From Candidatus Woesearchaeota archaeon CG1_02_57_44 (GTDB lineage Archaea > Nanobdellota > Nanobdellia > Woesearchaeales > CG1-02-57-44): a DNA stretch of 51,812 bases. Under the pieces are notes generated by a model. It worked only from the letters and a program-made list of their open reading frames with translations. It ran no database searches and was not told the DNA's origin. The stretch's first letter is position 1. Every line of letters starts with the position of its first letter. The translations under genes were made by a program, and so were the position numbers. This document shows positions 48,002-51,812 of this stretch, in pieces. The stretch covers positions 1 to 51,812 of the forward strand of contig MNWW01000020.1 of the NCBI GenBank assembly GCA_001871415.1, read 5' to 3'.

Positions 48002-50725
48002 TTGAACACGACACTGCCTCCTCCGCTTCCGCCGGAGGAGCTACTCAAACGGCTGAAGCAGGACCAGCCTCGGCTGGGTACGATCAAGGATGATCTGGCC
48101 AAGATGGGCCAGTTGCTCGACCGTATCAAGGAACTCGATTCTAAGGTTGCGGGCCTTGCCACGCATCAGAAGGAGCAGGCCGTCAATGCGCACGCTGAGC
48201 ATCTCTCGCAGACACTTTCTGAGCTCAACAAGGCGATAGCCAATGAGAAAAAGACGCTCACCAAGGTACAGAATTCAGTAGCGACCAAGCAGAGCGTGAT
48301 GGGTCGCGTGCTCAAGAGCAAGGCGCAGCGAGTGGCTGCTGAGACAGAAGAGCTCGAGCGCGTGCGCCAGCACGCGGCGCAGGAGCAGGCAAAGCTTGAG
48401 GCAGGCATCAAGGCGCTCAAGCAGCGCAAGGAATCATTGTCAGAGGAGTTGCGCGGCTTTGACCGGCAGCTGAGAGAGGCGCAGCAGAAGCATCAGCAGG
48501 CTATGGCGCAGATGGCTGCTGAGGAGAAGCAGGCCGCGGCGAGGCTCGCGGCAGAGCAGCGTCAGCTGGAAAAAGTCGACAAGCTCGCGATAGCAAAGGC
48601 GCAGAAGGCGCAGGAGCAGGAGAAGGCGCTGCAGCTTCTGGAGAAGGCGCTGGAGGAGCAGAAGGCAGAACTGGACGAGGCCGAGCATATGCTCAGGGCC
48701 GGCAACCTGACCTTGCAGAAGGATCGCAGGAAGTGGGTGCGCAAGCTTGAGCAGCTTAAGGTCGATCTGGCCAAGACGCAGTCGGCTCGCGACAAGGCGG
48801 CCGAGGACGTGCGCGAGAAGCGCGATGAGATGCTCGGGCGCGAGCGCGCCATCGCGGCCAAGGAGCACGAGCTCACGAGGCGTGAGCAGGCGCTTGCGGA
48901 CGAGGTCTCGGGCAGGAAGACGCGGGAGCAGGAAGTGGCCCAGAAGGAGTCTGCGCTGTCTCAGTTAGAGGATCAGCTCGAGCGTCAGCAGGAGAAATAT
49001 GCTGCTTGGGAAAAGGAGCTCGCCAAGCGCGAGACCACCGTCGCCGCGCGCGAGCATGAAGCGGCTGAGGCATTGCAGAAGCTGTCCGGCAGGAAGCAGG
49101 ATATCATCGACGACCTGAGTCAGGGCATCGCGGACAGGGAAGCAGAACTCCGGGAGCGCGAAGCGGAGCTCAAAGACGATCTCAAGGAACTCAAGACCCA
49201 GCAGAAGCAGCTGGCTGACCAGGAGTCTGATCTGCGAAACCTCGAAGCGGAGCTGCAGGGCCAGGAGGATCACATCAAGGAGCGCGAGGACGCGCTCGAG
49301 CACAAGGTTGCTGGCATGCTGGCCAAGGAGAAGAGTCTCTCCCAGTTGCAAAAGGATATCGAGATGGCAAAGCAGAAGCTGGACGCGCGCGAGCAGGCGC
49401 TCAGGCAGGCAGCAGAGCAGGAGAAGCACTTCCTGCAGCTGAAAAAAGAAGCAGAGCAGCAGCGCCAGGACATGCTCAAGAACGAGGAGCTCTTGCAGCG
49501 CAGCCTGGAGACGTTGGCTGCGCGTGAGCAGGACCTGAAAGCGCGTGAGTCTGAGCTGGCATCGTTGGACAACCAAGTGCTTATGCACCAGAAGCTGTTG
49601 GACGCGCGCGAGAAGGAGCTTGAGGAATCCGAGCAGCGCATGCAGGCCATGCTGCAGAAGGTTGAGCAGGCGACAGCGGGGGTCGCGGCGCAGGAGGCGG
49701 CGCTCAAGAAAAAAGAGCAGGATCTGCAGGGCATCGAGAAGAAGAAGGACGCTCTGGATACTACTATCAAGACTGAGGAAGGAAAGCTCAAGGCCATGGC
49801 CTCGCAGCTGGCCGACAAGGAAGCAACGCTGCAAAAGGAGCGAAGGGCGCTTGCCGACCTGCGCCTGGAGCTTGACGAGCGTCAGCGCGTGCTCGACGGA
49901 CGCGACAATGCGTTGGCAGAGAAGGACGCTGAAGTCACCAGGGTGCAGCTGGATATCGACGGCAAGCTCAAGGAGGCGCTCGAGCTTGAGGAGTCGGTCA
50001 AGGCGCGTGTGGAGCAGCGCAAAGCGGACGCGGAGCGCGAGATGTCCAGAAAGCTTGATGAGGTCGCGCGTCTGGAGTCAGTGCTGAAAAAAGAGCTTGA
50101 CGATGTCGAGGCGCGCGAGCGCAAGGTGCAAAGGGCGAAGGAAGCCATCATGGACATAGAGAAGCTCGAGGCCGACCTGAAGCGCCTTGATACTATCTAC
50201 CAGAACAAGTCCAAGGAGCTTGAGCTGCTCGACAGCCACGTCAAGGCGAGGCAGGAGGACTTTAGGGCGCGCGAGGAGCGCATGGCCGCGCGCGAGCAGG
50301 AGCTTGAGCGGCAGCTGAATCTGGTGCTAGGCATCCGCGACCAGCTCAAGCCCGCGCACATACCGGATACGCCGGCCGTGAAGATGGGCGAGGCCAGGAG
50401 CGCAGCCAGAAGAGCGCACACCAAGCAGCATCGTGATGGCTCATCTCCTGCTGCATCATCAGAGGGTCCTGTCGTGTCCCATTCCCATCCATCCCGGCCA
50501 GCCCTGAGCAAGTCCCTGCGCGGCCAAGCCAAGAGCATCCAGGCAATGCTCGAGCAGTGCGAGGACTACGTGCGCCTGGGCAAGCTCGAGGACGCGCGCG
50601 ACCTCTATGAGCGCGTGAGCGCGGTGCTTGACACGGCGAGGATAAACAAGGCGCAGAAGCGCGAATTCTTCGTGCAGGCCAGCGAGCTCTACAATGAAAT
50701 CCACATGGGCATGATGGGGGAGTGA
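48002..50725 (+). CDS. Long coiled-coil protein
   Basis: About 750 aa of E/K/Q/A/L heptads, a disordered linker and a short helical C-terminal domain; no ATPase motifs. Confidence 0.85.
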   Translation: MNTTLPPPLPPEELLKRLKQDQPRLGTIKDDLAKMGQLLDRIKELDSKVAGLATHQKEQAVNAHAEHLSQTLSELNKAIANEKKTLTKVQNSVATKQSVMGRVLKSKAQRVAAETEELERVRQHAAQEQAKLEAGIKALKQRKESLSEELRGFDRQLREAQQKHQQAMAQMAAEEKQAAARLAAEQRQLEKVDKLAIAKAQKAQEQEKALQLLEKALEEQKAELDEAEHMLRAGNLTLQKDRRKWVRKLEQLKVDLAKTQSARDKAAEDVREKRDEMLGRERAIAAKEHELTRREQALADEVSGRKTREQEVAQKESALSQLEDQLERQQEKYAAWEKELAKRETTVAAREHEAAEALQKLSGRKQDIIDDLSQGIADREAELREREAELKDDLKELKTQQKQLADQESDLRNLEAELQGQEDHIKEREDALEHKVAGMLAKEKSLSQLQKDIEMAKQKLDAREQALRQAAEQEKHFLQLKKEAEQQRQDMLKNEELLQRSLETLAAREQDLKARESELASLDNQVLMHQKLLDAREKELEESEQRMQAMLQKVEQATAGVAAQEAALKKKEQDLQGIEKKKDALDTTIKTEEGKLKAMASQLADKEATLQKERRALADLRLELDERQRVLDGRDNALAEKDAEVTRVQLDIDGKLKEALELEESVKARVEQRKADAEREMSRKLDEVARLESVLKKELDDVEARERKVQRAKEAIMDIEKLEADLKRLDTIYQNKSKELELLDSHVKARQEDFRAREERMAAREQELERQLNLVLGIRDQLKPAHIPDTPAVKMGEARSAARRAHTKQHRDGSSPAASSEGPVVSHSHPSRPALSKSLRGQAKSIQAMLEQCEDYVRLGKLEDARDLYERVSAVLDTARINKAQKREFFVQASELYNEIHMGMMGE

Positions 50726-50727
50726 TG

Positions 50728-51141
50728 TTACTGTAGAAGCGTAAGCGCTTTTCCCGTGGTGATGATGGGGATTCCATGGTATGCTTGCAATGATAGCAGG
50801 TCGGTGTCGCCGCTGACGATGTAATCTGCGTCTGCAGCTTGCGCGCACTCAAGGAACTTGTTGTCCTCAGGGTCTCTGCACTCGTGTATTGTGATATTCG
50901 GGGTGATTACATCGGATAGGAGTATGACCTTGGCAAGAAGCATGGCCTGGGTGATGTTCGTGCGAGAGATAGCATCAGAGAACTTAGCCCTTTGCAGGAC
51001 GCTGGCCACTTCTATCATGATGTCCTGGCTGGTGCAGATGGTGATGGCGCCTTGCTCTGCTTTCCGGAGCAAGGTTGCCTCGTTCCCGTCCCAGAGAAGT
51101 CCCGAGATGATGGTGTTCGTATCAAGCACAAGCCTAGGCAC
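50728..51141 (-). CDS. PIN-domain toxin (VapC-like)
   Basis: VLDTN, RDPEDNKFLECA and IVSGD.DLL motifs. Confidence 0.92.
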   Translation of the reverse strand: MPRLVLDTNTIISGLLWDGNEATLLRKAEQGAITICTSQDIMIEVASVLQRAKFSDAISRTNITQAMLLAKVILLSDVITPNITIHECRDPEDNKFLECAQAADADYIVSGDTDLLSLQAYHGIPIITTGKALTLLQ

Positions 51142-51397
51142 CTTTCCTCACATCCTTCACAGCTTTGCGCACCTCAGCTCTGGTGACGCCAAGGTCTTTC
51201 GCTGCTCTGCGCAGAGGTCTTGCCAGCTCATCAAGGCTCTGCTTCAGGGCCTCAGGATCAAGCTTCTTGAGTATAACGGTGCCCTCTTCGCCAAAGACCA
51301 GGAACTGGTCGGATCTCTTTATGCCCATCGCTTTGCGCAGCGATGACGGTATGACGACCTGTCCTTTCTCGGATATGCGTGTCAGTTGTATGTGCAT
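51134..51397 (-). CDS. AbrB/MazE-family antitoxin
   Basis: SEKGQVVIP..LRK.MGI; SD AGGTGA; overlaps the PIN gene. Confidence 0.9.
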   Translation of the reverse strand: MHIQLTRISEKGQVVIPSSLRKAMGIKRSDQFLVFGEEGTVILKKLDPEALKQSLDELARPLRRAAKDLGVTRAEVRKAVKDVRKGA

Positions 51398-51415
51398 ACG
51401 AGCATCACCTGTAGG

Positions 51416-51439
51416 ATAAGTAAACTGTATCTTACTTAT
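51416..51439. promoter_or_regulatory. Operator candidate of the AbrB-PIN operon
   Basis: ATAAGTAA-N8-TTACTTAT inverted repeat adjoining the TATA (AACATTAATAAG on the minus strand). Confidence 0.45.
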
Positions 51440-51651
51440 TAATGTTGTGCCTGCTGTCATCCCTTTGGCAGGGTATTGGTGGCATGGCGGGTGCAATCGC
51501 ATGACGCCCGTTCAAGTGCCGCTCCTTAATGTGATTGCTGTAGAATTTTCCGCAAGATGTGCGGATAGGAAGCATATGACCTACTGGTTATATCGCCGGT
51601 CATGACAGCGCCTTGCATCGGCAAGGGTATTGGCCACGATTCTCATCAACG

Positions 51652-51789
51652 TTATTGCAAAGCACGGGGTTGAATACCCCGTCCTTCAGGACGTGCTTTG
51701 CAATTCAAAAATCCGCCTGCAATGACGAGGCGCGGTAATACCGCGGCCTTCAGGCCGCGGTTAGCGCCGAGTGGTGGATTTTTGTTATT
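51652..51789. repeat. Dispersed double-hairpin element, copy 2
   Basis: Near-identical to 8797-8935 in the same orientation, with the most perfect stems; TTATT at both ends. Confidence 0.85.
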
Positions 51790-51812
51790 CTGATACTATT
51801 CGGTAAATTTGG

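Noticed and set aside
48002-50725. SMC/Rad50 annotation
   Set aside because: No Walker A/B, signature, hinge or Zn-hook motif.
8797-51789. Repeat copies as a CRISPR array or integron attC sites
   Set aside because: The copies are about 135 bp and 17-25 kb apart, with no spacers, cas genes or integrase. They lack RYYYAAC/GTTRRRY ends and cassette organisation.

Overview
Chromosomal segment of a GC-rich archaeon. It carries archaeal informational genes (aIF5A, aIF5B, aEF-1beta, aRF1, L37Ae, RpoP, prefoldin beta, Trm1, Trm11, TrmJ, NucS, DRG GTPase, tRNA-Pro). The gene content and mostly leaderless TATA-driven genes suggest DPANN/Woesearchaeota (inference). Metabolic and housekeeping genes include pdhABC without E3, split LplA/LplB, LemA-TPM, ArsR-permease, MscS, and S2P and rhomboid proteases. 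Defence-type loci are two MNT-HEPN pairs, an AbrB-PIN pair and a DUF4011-helicase-nuclease (Hhe-like) gene. Most notable: (1) a translationally coupled three-gene operon encoding a stand-alone RelA/SpoT-type HD hydrolase, a stand-alone RelA/SpoT-type synthetase and a kinase-fold protein; (2) three copies of a ~135-bp covarying double-hairpin element with IS200/IS605-like palindromes, one apparently inserted right after a start codon; (3) a structured locus encoding two 23-aa QPAKKK peptides; (4) a GlnD-like NTase-HD-ACT protein whose HD motif is lost. All calls come from reading motifs by eye; no searches were run.
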